The notes under the pieces: generated by a model
Told to the model about the DNA's origin: nothing
The model's input: only the letters and a program-made list of their open reading frames with translations
The model's database searches: none
DNA from: Octopus sinensis
Lineage: Eukaryota
Assembly: GCF_006345805.1 (NCBI RefSeq)
Contig: NC_042997.1
Location: 50,096,001-50,160,000 of the forward strand
Direction: 5' to 3'
DNA length: 64,000 bases
Made by a program: the position numbers and the translations under genes
Shown: positions 24,294 to 40,155 of the stretch, piece after piece
Layout: each line of letters opens with the position of its first letter
How positions within the stretch are numbered: the stretch's first letter is position 1

Positions 24294-25952
24294 CAGAGAG
24301 AGACAGAGACAGAGACAGAGACAGACAGGCAGACAAAGGAAGAAGGGCTACCTAGTAAGCTAGTGTTTGAAGTGTGCCACTGAGTAAAGTTCTGCGAATT
24401 ACCCAGTTGCTTTATATGGGACGCAGTGATACAGTGTGGCATTTGGTAGGGTCAGTTATAAAAGTCTCAATTTAACGAATTTTTACATAGCAAATGTTTA
24501 AACAAAACCGATTGATATTATGCAATTAAATACTTCCATATGAAAAATAATTATGTTTAGCCTCATCCTAAAATACTTATGGAGATAGGAGTAGATGTGG
24601 GTATGTGGTCAACCACAAGCTGACCAAAGCCTTGTAAATGGATTTGGTAGACAGAAACTGAGAGAAGCCCGTCGTATATATATATGTATGTACGTATGTG
24701 TCTACATGTGTCTTTGTGCCCGTGTTTATTTCTCCACTCCACTATTTGACAACTAATGTTAATGTGTTAACATCCCCGTAAACAAGCGGTTCAGCAAAGA
24801 CACCGATAAATTAAATATCAGGCTTAAAAAAATAAGCACGGACGGCGCATTCTAATGACTGAAACATGTAACAAATAAAAATAAAAGATAAATTTCGCAC
24901 ATAGAGTTTGAGGTAAAAAAAAATGATTTCATCGCGTCAAAATATACTTGTTCTATTAGTCAAATTATATATTTTGTATTTACAAAATATATCTATAAAT
25001 ATGAGGTAACATGTTTTATTCACTTCCATTTAGCTAAGTATCTTCGAAACATTCTCTTTTAACAGAAATGTAAATACAATTACCGTTCAATTTAAATTTA
25101 TCATTCACTAAAAATAAATAATTTTTATAATGTTTATAATAGATTTTTTGTTTAATAGAATGGTGTACATTTGGCAATAATCGTACAAGAAAAATGACGA
25201 AGCATCTAAAATGTTATTATACTTGTCACGATATGTGTCCAAGTGATACGCTTTTAGAAACTTCAATTATGGAACAAAATCGTTATTTTACTTGCTTCTG
25301 TAATGCTCTTAAGAAAAGCATAAACGTTACGACTTCCATTTTCCCATTTGCAAAGTCAATAAAGAGAGTGAATAATCGAAATCTTAAACCTAATGGAACA
25401 TTGTTGTGAATATCTATAAATGAAATGTATGTATCATTTATAAAACGTGGTATATTTAAAGATCCCATGAACACTAATTATATAATTTTACATAAAAATA
25501 TATATTTAGTCTTCACAGCAGTTTTATTACTATTATTTTAGTTTCTTCATCAAAGTACTTTCGTTACACATTCTGTGACCTCTTCAGAACAAAAAGTGAC
25601 ACGCGGGATAGAGAGTTACTGAAGAGGTTACAGAATGTGTGACGAAAAGTCTTTGACAAAGAAATTAAAATAATAGTAATAAAGCTGAACTGAAGAACAC
25701 ATATATAATGCGGATGTTTAATTAGCAAAATATGACCATCACCAAGAATAGCAATATCTGTTTCAGCACATGATTTCCTATAAAGAATCTTGCAAAACAA
25801 ATACATAAGAGTATATATTTAGTTTTTACTCTTAGATAATTTCCTATTGTGAGTCCTTAAAGAGGTCTAAAAGCAGGACCTTCATCTGCTGTAACCACAT
25901 ACTTTCTCCTAAATCAGGTTGTAATCTCACTGCCAGTTGACTCGCCATTCTA

Positions 25953-27231
25953 TTGGGTTGTCCGGAAAGTTCGTGCCAATTTATAATAGCTTACTTTTTG
26001 ATTTATTTTAGAACACGGTTGACTCCATAAAATAGGATTTGACTACACCTCCATTTAGAGCACAGTTTAAGCTATCTTTTCGTGGAAGAAGGTTTATGTT
26101 CCTATAACCTGTGTTAATTCTGTAACCCTTTAAAATGGAAGATAAGAAAGTTCGTTTTCAGCACTTGATGCTTTTCTTTTTCCGTAAAAGGAAAATGCCT
26201 CACAAACAACCAAAGAAATATGCGCAGTTTACGGTGATGTTTCTTTCTCCGAAAGAACTGTGCGGAAGTGGTTCGCAAGGTTCCGAGCTGCAGATTGTAG
26301 CCTTATTGATAAAGAGCGATCAGGCAGACCATCCACTACAGATGATGGCCAAATCAAGTCATTAATTGAGAATAACCCACATTGCACAACCCGAGAATTG
26401 GCAGAAAGCCTCAACCTATCAAAATCGTCGTTCCAAAGCACCTGGTAAAGTTTGGGTACACAAATCGCTATGATGTTTGGGTACCACATAAGTTGAGTAA
26501 GAAGAACCTTTTGGATCGCATTTCCATCTGTGATTCGCTTTATAAACGGAATGAAAACTCACCTTTTTTAAAGAAAATTGAGACAGGTGATGAGAAATGG
26601 ATTATCTTCCGAAATGTTTAGAGGAAGTGATCCTGGAGTAAGCGACATGAACCACCCATAGCCACCCCAAGATCGGGTCTTCACCCTAAAAAAGTCTTGC
26701 TTTGTGTCTGGTGGGATTGGAAAGGAATTCTGTACTATGAGCTTCTAAGTAACCAGACAATTAATTCTGAGAAATACTGCACACAACTGGACGAGTTAAA
26801 AGCAGCAATTCAAGAGAAACGTCCAGAATTGGCCAACAGAAAGAATGTTGTTTTCCAACATGATAATGCAAGACCGCACGTTTCTTTGGAAACCAGACAA
26901 AAATTGCTGCAGCTCGGCTGGGATATGTTACCCCACCCTCCATATTCACCAGATATTACCTCTTCGGATTTCCACTTATTCAGGCCTCTGCAGAATAGTC
27001 TTAATGGTAAAAATTTCAATTCCTTGGATGACGTAAAAAGATATCTTGATGAATTCTTTGCCATGAAACCACCTCAGTTCTGGGAAGAGGGTATTTTCAA
27101 GTTAAAGGGAAGATGAAGGCGCATTGTGCAACAAAATGGTTCATATTTGGTTGATTAAAAATGTAATGGCGAGTATTTAGTGACCTTTTTCCTTCCTTTA
27201 AAAATTGGCACGAACTTTCCGGACAACCCAA
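25953..27231 (+). mobile_element. Full-length mariner (D,D34D; mellifera-like) DNA transposon with a disrupted transposase
   Basis: Perfect 30-bp TIRs TTGGGTTGTCCGGAAAGTTCGTGCCAATTT with TA on both sides. Transposase pieces 26135-27157 include WVPHKL, TGDEKW, HDNARPH and HPPYSPD, with frameshifts and stops. Confidence 0.95.
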
Positions 27232-27599
27232 TATTATAATGTTCTTCAAACATTACCTCAGAGCCTCAAAACGTTTGTTTCCTGAAATATTGTAAAAATA
27301 TGAACAAAAAAGGTAAAGATTGATCTCTGTCGATCAATAATTGTGTGGTTAGTGGCCGTATTTCGTCGGTGGTCAGCTTCCAAATAACTCAATTTGCAAC
27401 GTAGTTTCGACTTCTATTGGTTGTTATTTCACTTGCTTCTGTAACGCTCTTGAGAAAAGTGTAAACGTTACATCTTCCATTTTTCCATTTCTAAAGTCAA
27501 TACAAAAGAATGAATACACGTTGATGAATACCTCTAATCTTGAAATACGAAGCAATTGACACATAAGATGTTATAAATATATTATTGTTATTATTATTA

Positions 27600-28160
27600 T
27601 TGAGTGAGAGAGCAGTGCATGCCATCAAAGTGACACTGGGGTAAAATATACGAAGCCCAATATACCCATCATGACTACCCGTCTGATAAGGGTACACCAG
27701 GCACATGCATCACAACCATATGTGCGCGACATGGTGATCTCATATCAAGATAAACAGCACATGACCTTGCAGGTGGGGCCCAGTTAGAATTTTCTTCTGG
27801 TTGAGTAGCCCATCCTGCTCAAAAGGTCCCTGAATAAGGGTTGTTTAAGAATGTCGAATGAAACACCAATGTTTCCAGAGGTGAATTATTCAAACCCCCA
27901 AAGAATCCCTCTCAACACATGGCTATGATGCTCTCCCACTACTTCTGCTCGTGATCAGAGATGCACATATCGTCAGCCACTAAGGGACATGCTCAACTGG
28001 TTAAGGCCAAACAACTGACAAGCAAATCTGTGGTATTGAGCAGAATATTTGCTGTTGCCCATCTTTTAAACCAAGACAAAACAATGTACATGATAACACT
28101 TCCAATCAGTTACGATCAGAAGCCATGAGAGCCACTGCTTGGTACTGCATCAGGGCATTT
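27600..28160 (-). repeat. ~560-bp complex-sequence insert bounded by (AAT)n on both sides; probable non-coding retroelement or LINE UTR
   Basis: Sharp transitions into ATT repeats at both ends; no recognisable ORF. Confidence 0.4.
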
Positions 28161-28163
28161 ATG

Positions 28164-28219
<56 letters not shown>

Positions 28220-28224
28220 CATCA

Positions 28225-28272
<48 letters not shown>

Positions 28273-28364
28273 TATTATTATTATTATTATTATTATCATT
28301 ATTATTATATTATTATTATTATTTTATTATTATTATTATTATTATATTATTATTATTATTATTC

Positions 28365-29396
28365 AGTAGTTTTATTTTTATAGCGTGCTTTCACTTCACT
28401 ACCGAGCGCAGCTCTGTGTGCCTTGGGTATGTGCTGTGATTTGTTGTGATGCTCTGATGGTTATTGTATGGAAAGTGTTCTGCGTAGGATGTGTGCAGTG
28501 CCTAGTAGTGCAATTTTCTGTATGTTATATGTGTTTGTAAGTCCTGGTGTTTTTGTTATGTATTTGTCTGAATATTTTTTTATCATGCCTAATGCACCTA
28601 CTATGATAGGAATTGTTTCTGTTTTTAGATTCCACATTCTAGTTACCTCTATTTCCAGGTCTTTGTATTTTGAGAGTTTCTCCATTTCTTTTAGAGACAC
28701 GTTGTCATCTGCCGGTATTGATACATCAATTAGAAATCATTTTTTTTTTCATGATCTCTGACAACTATATCTGGTCTGTTGGCCTTAATTTCTCTATCTG
28801 TGTGTATCGGCATAACCTAGAGTATGGTTGCTTTCTCGTTTTCTGTGACCTTTTCTGGTGTGTGCCTATACCATCTTTTTTCTGTTGTTATTCCATAATG
28901 TTGGCATAGCTTCCAATGCATGTAGGTTCCAACTCTGTCATGTCTGTGAATATATTCCTTCTTAGCCAGGACTGGGCAGCTAGAGATAATATGATTTATT
29001 GTTTCTTGTCCATCTCCACATATTCTGCAGTTACTTGTAATATTTCTTTTCATTACATGTTTTTGTAATTTCTGGTGGGGAGGCTTTGGTCTTGTGCTGC
29101 ATTAAAAATCCTCCTCTGTTTCTGCTTTGAGTCCTGAGCTTCTCAACCATTGCTGGGATTTTTTCTTGTCTATTTCTTTTGCGTTTAGTTTAGTCCAGTA
29201 TTTACCATGAAGGGGCTTTTCTTGCCATCGTTTTATCATGGTAATTGCTGTTCTATTTTTAGTTTGGATTTCATTTGTTTTATAGCTTTTGTTGTTTCTT
29301 CATCATCTTCTTCTTCTTTTCTCTTCTCTTCTTCTTCTTCTTCTTCTTCTTCTTCTTCTTCTTCTTCTTCTTCTTCTTCTTCTTCTTCTTCTTTTT

Positions 29397-29427
<31 letters not shown>

Positions 29428-29706
29428 ACTTCTTCTCTTCTTCATGTTTATTAGGTGGTATGATTTCTGTTTGTATTTGTCAGCTTCCTTAAATACTGAG
29501 AACAGTTTTTTGTTTTGCTCGTGTTTTGCCGCTATCTGGATCAGTTTTCCTTCCTTCTGAAGTAGATATTTTTGCAGTCCTATGGTGGATATTTTATAGT
29601 AGTTTTCCAGCTGTATAAGGCCTCTACCACCTTCTATACGTTGTATATATTCTTTCTATGTCAGATTTTTTTTGGTGATGGCATCCTAGATCCTGTCAGT
29701 ATTTTT
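28365..29706 (-). mobile_element. 3' fragment of a second R4/Dong-like LINE, with an internal (GAA)n expansion
   Basis: Motifs EGGRGLIQLE, CRICGDGQETINHIISSC (CCHC), RHDRVG and KYKDLEIEVTRMW. The 3' end runs into (AAT)n. Confidence 0.85.
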
Positions 29707-29720
29707 CTTGTTTTCCTATC

Positions 29721-29769
<49 letters not shown>

Positions 29770-29790
29770 ATTATTTTTTATTATATATTA

Positions 29791-29859
<69 letters not shown>

Positions 29860-30309
29860 TATTATTATTGCTTTTCTAAGGGGCAAGTCATTCGAGCCAC
29901 TCGATTAGTTATCTTAAGCGGAAGAAAATAAAATTGATAAATGGAAAATTGGCCGAACAATAACTGCGGAAATATTTGCAAAAGAGGGATAATAAAATCA
30001 ATGTCCTGATCATGAAAGAAGGATCGAAGTTTAGCTTTAGGAGTCGACGAAAGAGAAGGAAATACCATTAGTGATACCAGTCCTAAAGTAGCGCCAGTAT
30101 TCCATTACGAGATCGAATAATGGCGATTCCCATGTAGAAGCGGATTCGACAAATGCTCTAATATGATCCTCCCAACTGAATTCTTTCGATAAAGTTAAGC
30201 ATAGCCTTCACATTTTATCATCTCCACACACACGCACACACATACGCACATACACACGCATACCCGCACGCTCACACACACATTTATGTATGTATGTATG
30301 TCCTCCTTG

Positions 30310-30500
30310 AACGACATGCAAAGTTACACGAAGCCCAGTTACAACTATAGCCGACTGCTACCGGTAAAGGTTTTAGCTGCCAATTCTGTACAAGACATTG
30401 TAGATCTTTAGCTGAGCTAAAAAGTCACATTCGATCACAGAACCAATAACAGTTAAGCTTCGTGCAATGGCCATACTCGATAACGAGGGGGCAGCCATCA
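30310..30500 (+). mobile_element. RTE LINE 3' tip
   Basis: FSCQFCTRHCRSLAELKSHIRS (C2H2-like) is followed by a short 3' UTR and an (ATGT)n tail. Confidence 0.55.
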
Positions 30501-31259
30501 TGTATGTATGTATGTATGTATTTATGTATGTATGTATGTATGTATGTATGTATGTATGTATGTATGTATGTATGTATGTATGTATATACATCCTGTATAT
30601 CCAGGACCGTAAAATGTTGTTGATCCTCCACAAAACAGAAATGCGCTCCAGAGAATATCGCTCAAATGTCTGGGGCGGTACTGTTGGAACAAAGCGTCTA
30701 ACACTGTGTCCAGGAACCGGCTGATTCGCAGAGACCTACTCAGTGGCATACTATGACCACGAGCTCGCAGGTTTCACTCTCTCCTTCTCTCCCCCTCTCT
30801 CTACCGCATAGAAGCAACCAATTGTTGATGCTTACTATGTCAAATCTCGCTATGTAAATCTATGACCAAAAGCATTCCAACCGTGACCATTCGTCTTTTT
30901 CCTATGCATAAGAAACTCAGGGTCACATTATATAATGTCTACATTTCTAAGGACTGTGTGGTGTAATTTGAAGACGATTTGACAGCTTTTTCTAGCTGTT
31001 TGATCTGCCACATTTTAGCTCTCAGTTGTTGTTATATTTTAACCCTAGGTAAACTCTGATCGAGTGGATTTATGATCAAAGATATAGCTGTAATCATCCA
31101 TCCTTTTTACGCATTTTCAATGTTTGTCTAAGGTAGTGACATATGACTCAGGGAGATTTGGTTGCTATTTCTAGCAGATTAACAGGCCACATAAATACTT
31201 CCTGTCATCCTAATAGATGACTATATCACCATTAACGCTTTTGTAATTAGTATTGCTGA

Positions 31260-31572
31260 AAAGGAGACGTATTAGTGTTGTTTGTTCCTTCTCGAGCCAC
31301 GCCTGGCTCTTAAGGGCCGGTTTCCCGGTTTCCTTGGCGTATAGGATCCTCCACCTGGACGGTCCTTCGCAGGTGAGCTGCAAGATGCAGGAAGAAAGAG
31401 TGAGAGAAAGTTGTGGCGAAAGAGTCAGCAGAAGTTCGCCATTACCTTCTGCCGGAGACGCATGGAACTTAGGTGTTTTGCTCTTAAACACACACATCGC
31501 CTGGTCTGAGATTCGAACCCGCGATCTCTCGACTGCGAATCCGCTGCTTTAACCACTAGGCCATGTGCCTCC
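31260..31572 (-). mobile_element. tRNA-derived SINE, family D (single copy here)
   Basis: Head GGCACATGGCCTAGTGGTTAAAGCAGCG...GGTTCGAATCTC carries A and B boxes, followed by a non-tRNA body. Confidence 0.7.
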
Positions 31573-32081
31573 ACTACATATTAGTGGTGTTGTTATTGTG
31601 GTCAGCAAAGTGCCTTGTAGTATTTCTTTCGGTTCTTTAAGCTCAGATCTCAAACCCTGGACAGGTTAACTTTTTCTTTCGTCCCCCTGGGATCGATAAA
31701 ATAAAGTGCTAGCAAGAACTGGAATCGAAATAATCAACTGTGTTCTTCGTCCCAAATTTGAGATTTCGTGTCAAAGTCAGAAGAAATTATCACCATCACA
31801 ATTGTTAGTATTATGTTGTCATATTATTATACAATAGTATATACAATGTTGTTGTTTTTCGTTGGTGTCCATACTGTAATGTTCTTTGTTGAATCTGCAA
31901 TGTTTGGCACAAAATAGAAATATGTTATTAATGCATAATATTTGTCATCTGTCACTAAATATAATAATAAACGAAAGCTTGACATGCGACAGTGTCAAAT
32001 TATTTAGTTTCTCTTGGAAAATTGCCAAATATTTTCACCTACTCTTTTCTCCCAGAATTTGTATCATTTATGTCAGGAATT

Positions 32082-32119
<38 letters not shown>

Positions 32120-32141
32120 GACGGTGACGATGAAGACAACG

Positions 32142-32197
<56 letters not shown>

Positions 32198-32298
32198 TTC
32201 TTATCTGTAAATATGAGATCATGGAGAACCACACCGACTTTGAGCAGTGACAATGAATCTCTCAATGCTGGAGATGTAAGAATTTCATGCAGCATTTT

Positions 32299-34694
<2,396 letters not shown>

Positions 34695-37600
34695 GCATCT
34701 TGTATAGGCATATAGTGCTAAAAAGCACAAAAATGTATCAGTTGCAGACGAAAAGCGTCTAACGGCATTGGTATTGCTAAATCGGATTTCTACGTCTTTG
34801 CACGTCATCAATATCAAGCATCTACTATCAAGCGCATTCTTAGACAAATTTCTCCTCAACAGCTATATATATATATATAAACAGGGATTAATAATTCACT
34901 GGTGTCAGAAATAGATTGGCGGGCAAGGTGTAATGCGTTATTAGCGACGGAAGCAGCAAACGCAACACGGCAATATTCGTCTTGAGAAAGCAACTCGTAT
35001 AAATGTCTAGAGCTGAGATGCAGAGAAGTGTATTAGTAGCGGACGAAAATCGTTCAGTTGTGGTGCAATCGCAAAACCCCGACTTCTGCATCTTTGCCAT
35101 CATCGGTAGCATGTTATTAATAATTCTTTTTTGGAAATTGAATTTGACGATTTGTCAGTAGTTGGTAGATTCAGTCAACACCAATAACTGTCGACCAGTC
35201 GAACTACTGTTATTATTTAACCTGTTACTAACCTTTTAAATATTGAGGCCATGACCATCCAACATTTTTCTTTATACTAATATCTTGTGTGTCTGAAGGA
35301 GCATCATGCAATTTGTTAAAGGAGAAAACAAATGATACATCTTGTTCTCTCCTTTTCAAGAGAGATGATGTTATTTGATGAAAATATTGCAGACTAAATA
35401 GGCCCACAGATCCTCAGCGGATAGTACAGCTTCACTAATATGAAGAAAATAGCATATGAATTACTTAGGAATTTGTAACTATTACTTAAAGAATTCAATT
35501 AAGTTATACTGTTTAAAAATTCTTAGAAATTCTAATACTAATATTTTTTTAATGAAAATGTGGTTGGAATTTTTTTTATTAATGAAGATTTTAACTACAG
35601 TAAAGTAATTTGATTTAATGTAAAATTGTTACAGTTCCCTCTTTGTCTCTCATACACTTCATTAAGCAGCCTTCTTCAGACATATCACTAAAAACAGACC
35701 TCTAAATTATTAGTTAAATCCAGCATCAGCCAAATTATATTCTTTTCTACTCTAGGCACAAGGCTCGAAATTTTTGAGGAAGGAGGCCAGTCGATTAGAT
35801 CGACCCGAGTACGCAACTGGTACTTAATTTATCGATCCCGAAAGGATGAAAGGCAAAGTTGACCTCGGCGGAATTTGAACTCAGAACGTAACGGCAGACG
35901 AAATTCCGCTAAGTATTTTGCCCGGCGTGTTAACGTTTCTTATTTCTTTATTGCCCATAATGTGCTAAACATAGAGGGGGAAAACTAGGAAAGACAGAGG
36001 GATTAAGTCGATTACATCGACCACAGTACGTAACTGGTACCTAATTTATCGACCCCGAAATTTATATATTAAATATCGGCTCGTCAGGTTTAAGGTTTGA
36101 TGCCTTCAAATACAACATACCATTTCTCCAGTGCTCCTACCGATTTTGTCATTACATTGTGGCTAGATTTGAAATAGGAATAGGAATAAAGAGGAATAGG
36201 AATGGGAATAAAGAGGAATAGGAATAGAGAGTGACGAAAGGACATATTGTAATGTACTCTAATATTTCTGCAAACTCAGCCGGCGTTGCTGCTATTCAAT
36301 ATTATTTTCTATTCTATTGAAAAAAAGAAGCGTTTCCTGTCAAGGTGGTTTCCCAATGGTTTTCATCTTAAATCTAACTTCATGTGTGAGCTGGTGAAAG
36401 CTAGACTAATAAATGCTATAGTTATTTTGGCAATTTATCTTAGATCGATATCAAATGATGCGTCTGATACGCCAGTATTCAAGAGAAGAGACAGAGAATT
36501 ATTTCAGCAATAGGTGAGAATAAACCAATATATTTAATGCTCAAGAATAATACAATTTATTCAAAGTTATGGGAGGTGAAGGAGAGCGGTAGAAAATGTG
36601 TTAGTATTAACAACAGACATTTTGGCATGACTACAAAATATACCCTGCGAACTAGATAGAGTTATAACAAAATATACAATTACATAGACATTTATACGTA
36701 CAAGCGTACACATTCTCCCATTAAACACAGGAATTTAAACGAATTTCTTCCTTGGGGTTAACTCTGTGACACTGCAATTCGTTTAGATAGAATACTGTTG
36801 TATAAACGACAAAACAAGAAATATATACCATGGTCTTTCTACTATAATCATGCCAGCTCATACACACACATATATAATTGGAGTGCGTGTGAACATGTGT
36901 GTGTGTGTGTGTGCGTGTGCGTGCGTACGTGTGTAAATTTCTCTCTATGTGTGTATGTGTGTGTTGCCTATGTATACGTTTAAATATTTTTAAAAAATGT
37001 AGTGGATGACTTTCATTACGAATTAATAGAATATATTTCTTTACTACCCACGAGGGGCTAAACACAGAAGGGACAAACAAGGACAGACAAAGGGATTAAG
37101 TCGATTACAGCGACCCCAGTGCGTAACTGGTACTTAATTTATCGACCCCGAAAGGATAGGAATTAACAGAATAGGATGGTGTTGGGGTTGGGTTATTGCC
37201 ATACATATACCACGTGCCTGATTGTTAACGTTGTGAATTCTGCTCCACCACAATTTTTCTATATATATACATATGGATGCAATGCATATATAGATATATA
37301 TGTATATATGTGATAGGGAGAGAGAGATAGAGAGCGACAGAAAATATATTACATAAGTGTGTGTGTGCGTGCGCGCGTATGTGTGTGTTAAAAATAAAGA
37401 TTGGTTGGGTTTAAAGTGATTTCTATGTATGCATTTCATGAATTGTTAGTCTGTAGTGAACACGGTTTAAATATATCTTTATTTAAAGTGTTGGAGTCAA
37501 AAGTGGATCAATGAGGCTACATGTCAGATTATTCATTTCAGGCAAATTGAATGAAGTAAAAGTGTGGACAAAAATTACATGAGTAGATTTTAATCCTGTT

Positions 37601-37915
37601 TTGTATTATAGAATGTATGGTATTTATGTTAAGCTTGCTATAATTCTCATTTGAATTTAAATACTGTAGCACCAATAATAGATTATAATTTCTTGAGCCT
37701 ACTTAAGAAACACTCATCTACATTTGGGACCTGAATAATAGACGATAATCCATATAGCTTAGATTGGAATACTCTATCAAATGCAAAAGCTTACAAAAAA
37801 GAAAATGCCACAGTTGAAAAACAAAAAGAAATCTTAATTGATGCGATTAGAAAGATGTTAGTCATAGATCTGCTTTATCAGATTTGACTTGGGATAAAAC
37901 AGTATCAATCTATAT

Positions 37916-38211
37916 CAGTGATTCTCAAAGTAGGCGGCACTGCTCCACTGGTGGTTATGGGAAGATCCAGGGAAGAGGGTGTTGAAAAAAAAAGTGGGGC
38001 GATAATAAGGTGGGCAAAAGGGGACGATGAGTGTAAAAACAACAAAATAATGAGTTAATTAGGTTAAGTTTCATTAATGAAATAGAGTTGTTTTGAATTT
38101 GCTGCGGAAAGTGGTCTATGTTTGTGGTGGTGGTGGTGAGTGGTGGGGGTGCCAGGAATGTGACCTTTGGTGCCAAGTGGGCGGCACCGGAAGAAGTTTG
38201 GCGACCAATAG
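37916..38211. mobile_element. Degenerate hAT-type MITE
   Basis: Starts CAGTGATTCTCAAA and ends AAGTTTGGCGACCAATAG. Confidence 0.45.
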
Positions 38212-38642
38212 TATATACTATCGCATGTATACAAGGGGCTTACACACAGCATTCATTCAAGTACAATTTGCAAGCAAAATTCCGCCAGAGTTACAAATCT
38301 AAACTAGAAATAGAAACTGAGAGAAGCGCAAGAATTATTTATATATTCGTCATAGGAAACACTGGTAATAAGTAATCTATTGATGCTACGACCGATGTCT
38401 TAACGAAAAGAGTTTACATTAGTCATAAACTTACAAAACCTCACTAATTCTGAAGTAACGAAATTTGTGTAATTTCAGTCAGTCACCACATAAATCAATT
38501 TATCATAAAGTTTCGCAAAGGAAAAATTCTAAATCTAGGTAACAGGTTAAACAGCGCTTGATGTAATTTAAATAAACTAGTTCTTGAGGCCATATGTTAC
38601 TAAAATTGTACATTTTTATCTATCTATCTATCTATCTATCTA

Positions 38643-38717
<75 letters not shown>

Positions 38718-38722
38718 ATATA

Positions 38723-38774
<52 letters not shown>

Positions 38775-38889
38775 GTCATATTCATCTGCAGATATTCGCA
38801 GTTACCCAGATGAAGCTAACTCTTAGAAACCATTAATTAGAGCTTTGGAATTACAACACAAGCAAGAAAAATGCAGACTTAGAAATATT

Positions 38890-39204
38890 AATATTTCTAT
38901 TTTTGAAAACCAGCGGATGTATTTCACTGAATTTAGGTAAATAATCCTTCGATTAGACGGTTAGTAGCGATGCCTGCTGGGTTCGGCTGCTCTGCATTGA
39001 TAAGGGACAAATACCCTGAAACTAGTCTGCAGATGCCTGACCAGCAAGGGGAAGCGGCTGACCTCCCCTGTTCGAAGGTTATAATGGACACAGGTGATTG
39101 TGTCACATAGCTAGCCAGAGGCGATGATGGCCTCTTGGAGCTAATCAACAGCAGCATTCGTCCTATATTTCTGGACCGCCATATTAGCTTGGCGATAACT
39201 ATTG

Positions 39205-39205
<1 letters not shown>
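38890..39205 (+). mobile_element. Diverged single monomer of the hammerhead-bearing (retrozyme-like) family
   Basis: The body (TTGTGTC..AGCTAGCCAGAGGCGATGA..CTCTTGGAGCTA..ACAGCAGCA) aligns by eye with the 54.65-54.87-kb unit (TTGTGTC..AGCCAGCTAGAGACGACGATCTCTTGGGGCTA..ACAGTAACA). Confidence 0.6.
38991..39033 (+). ncRNA. Minimal type I hammerhead motif (U3/A8 variant), diverged relative of the 54.9-kb motif
   Basis: UCUGCA-UUGAUAA-GGG acaaauac CCU-GAAA-CUAGUC/UGCAGA. Stem I is 6 bp, the triplet is GUC, and pairing extends through UGCUGG/CCAGCA. Confidence 0.68.
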
Positions 39206-39241
<36 letters not shown>

Positions 39242-39254
39242 TACACACATGCAT

Positions 39255-39323
<69 letters not shown>

Positions 39324-39328
39324 TATAT

Positions 39329-39604
39329 AGAGGGTACTATTATTCATAGGTACCGCACGCTAGGAGGGACCTTTGCAGTCAAAACTACTAAAATAAATAA
39401 AGTTTACCGAATGCAAAACTTCAAAGCACGTCATTTAAAAACAGAATTTAGTTACATATCACCTGTGATTTCGCAATCAATGCAGAATATGCATTCTATG
39501 CTCTTCAGTGCAACGAACTCAAGACATGTAAGAAAAAACACAAGATAGTTTTGACTGCAAAGGTCCCTCCTAGCGTGCGGTACCTATGAATAATAGTACC
39601 CTCT
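39329..39604. mobile_element. MITE with ~60-bp near-perfect TIRs in a TA context
   Basis: AGAGGGTACTATTATTCATAGGTACCGCACGCTAGGAGGGACCTTTGCAGTCAAAACTA and its exact reverse complement at 39546-39604. Confidence 0.8.
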
Positions 39605-39740
39605 ATATAATATAAATAAATATTTTCAAAGTGGAAAAATTTACAGATTTTTTCTCTTACGAGGTTCTTCACGCTAACTACTGATAATTTCTTATAAAGA
39701 TTTTATCCTTAATTTTAAATTTATATATATATATATATAT

Positions 39741-39796
<56 letters not shown>

Positions 39797-40078
39797 GTAT
39801 ATATATTCTTTTACATGTTTCAATCATTTGACTGTGGCCATGCTAGAACACCGCGTTTAGTCGAACATATTACTCTTAGGACTTATTCTTTGTAAGCCTA
39901 GTACTTATGCTGTCGATCTCTTTTTGACGAACCGCTAGGTGAAGGGGACGTAAACACAACATCGGTCGTCAAGCGATGTTAGCGGAGGGGGGCGAAAACA
40001 AACACAAATAACGAATATATGGATACATACATACATACATATACATATATACATACACACACATACATACATATACAT

Positions 40079-40155
<77 letters not shown>

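Noticed and set aside
25250-27520. ~110-bp similar segments at ~25.28 and ~27.43 kb flanking the mariner, a possible composite transposon
   Set aside because: They are diverged, lie hundreds of bases from the TIRs and are asymmetric; more likely two old copies of a dispersed repeat.
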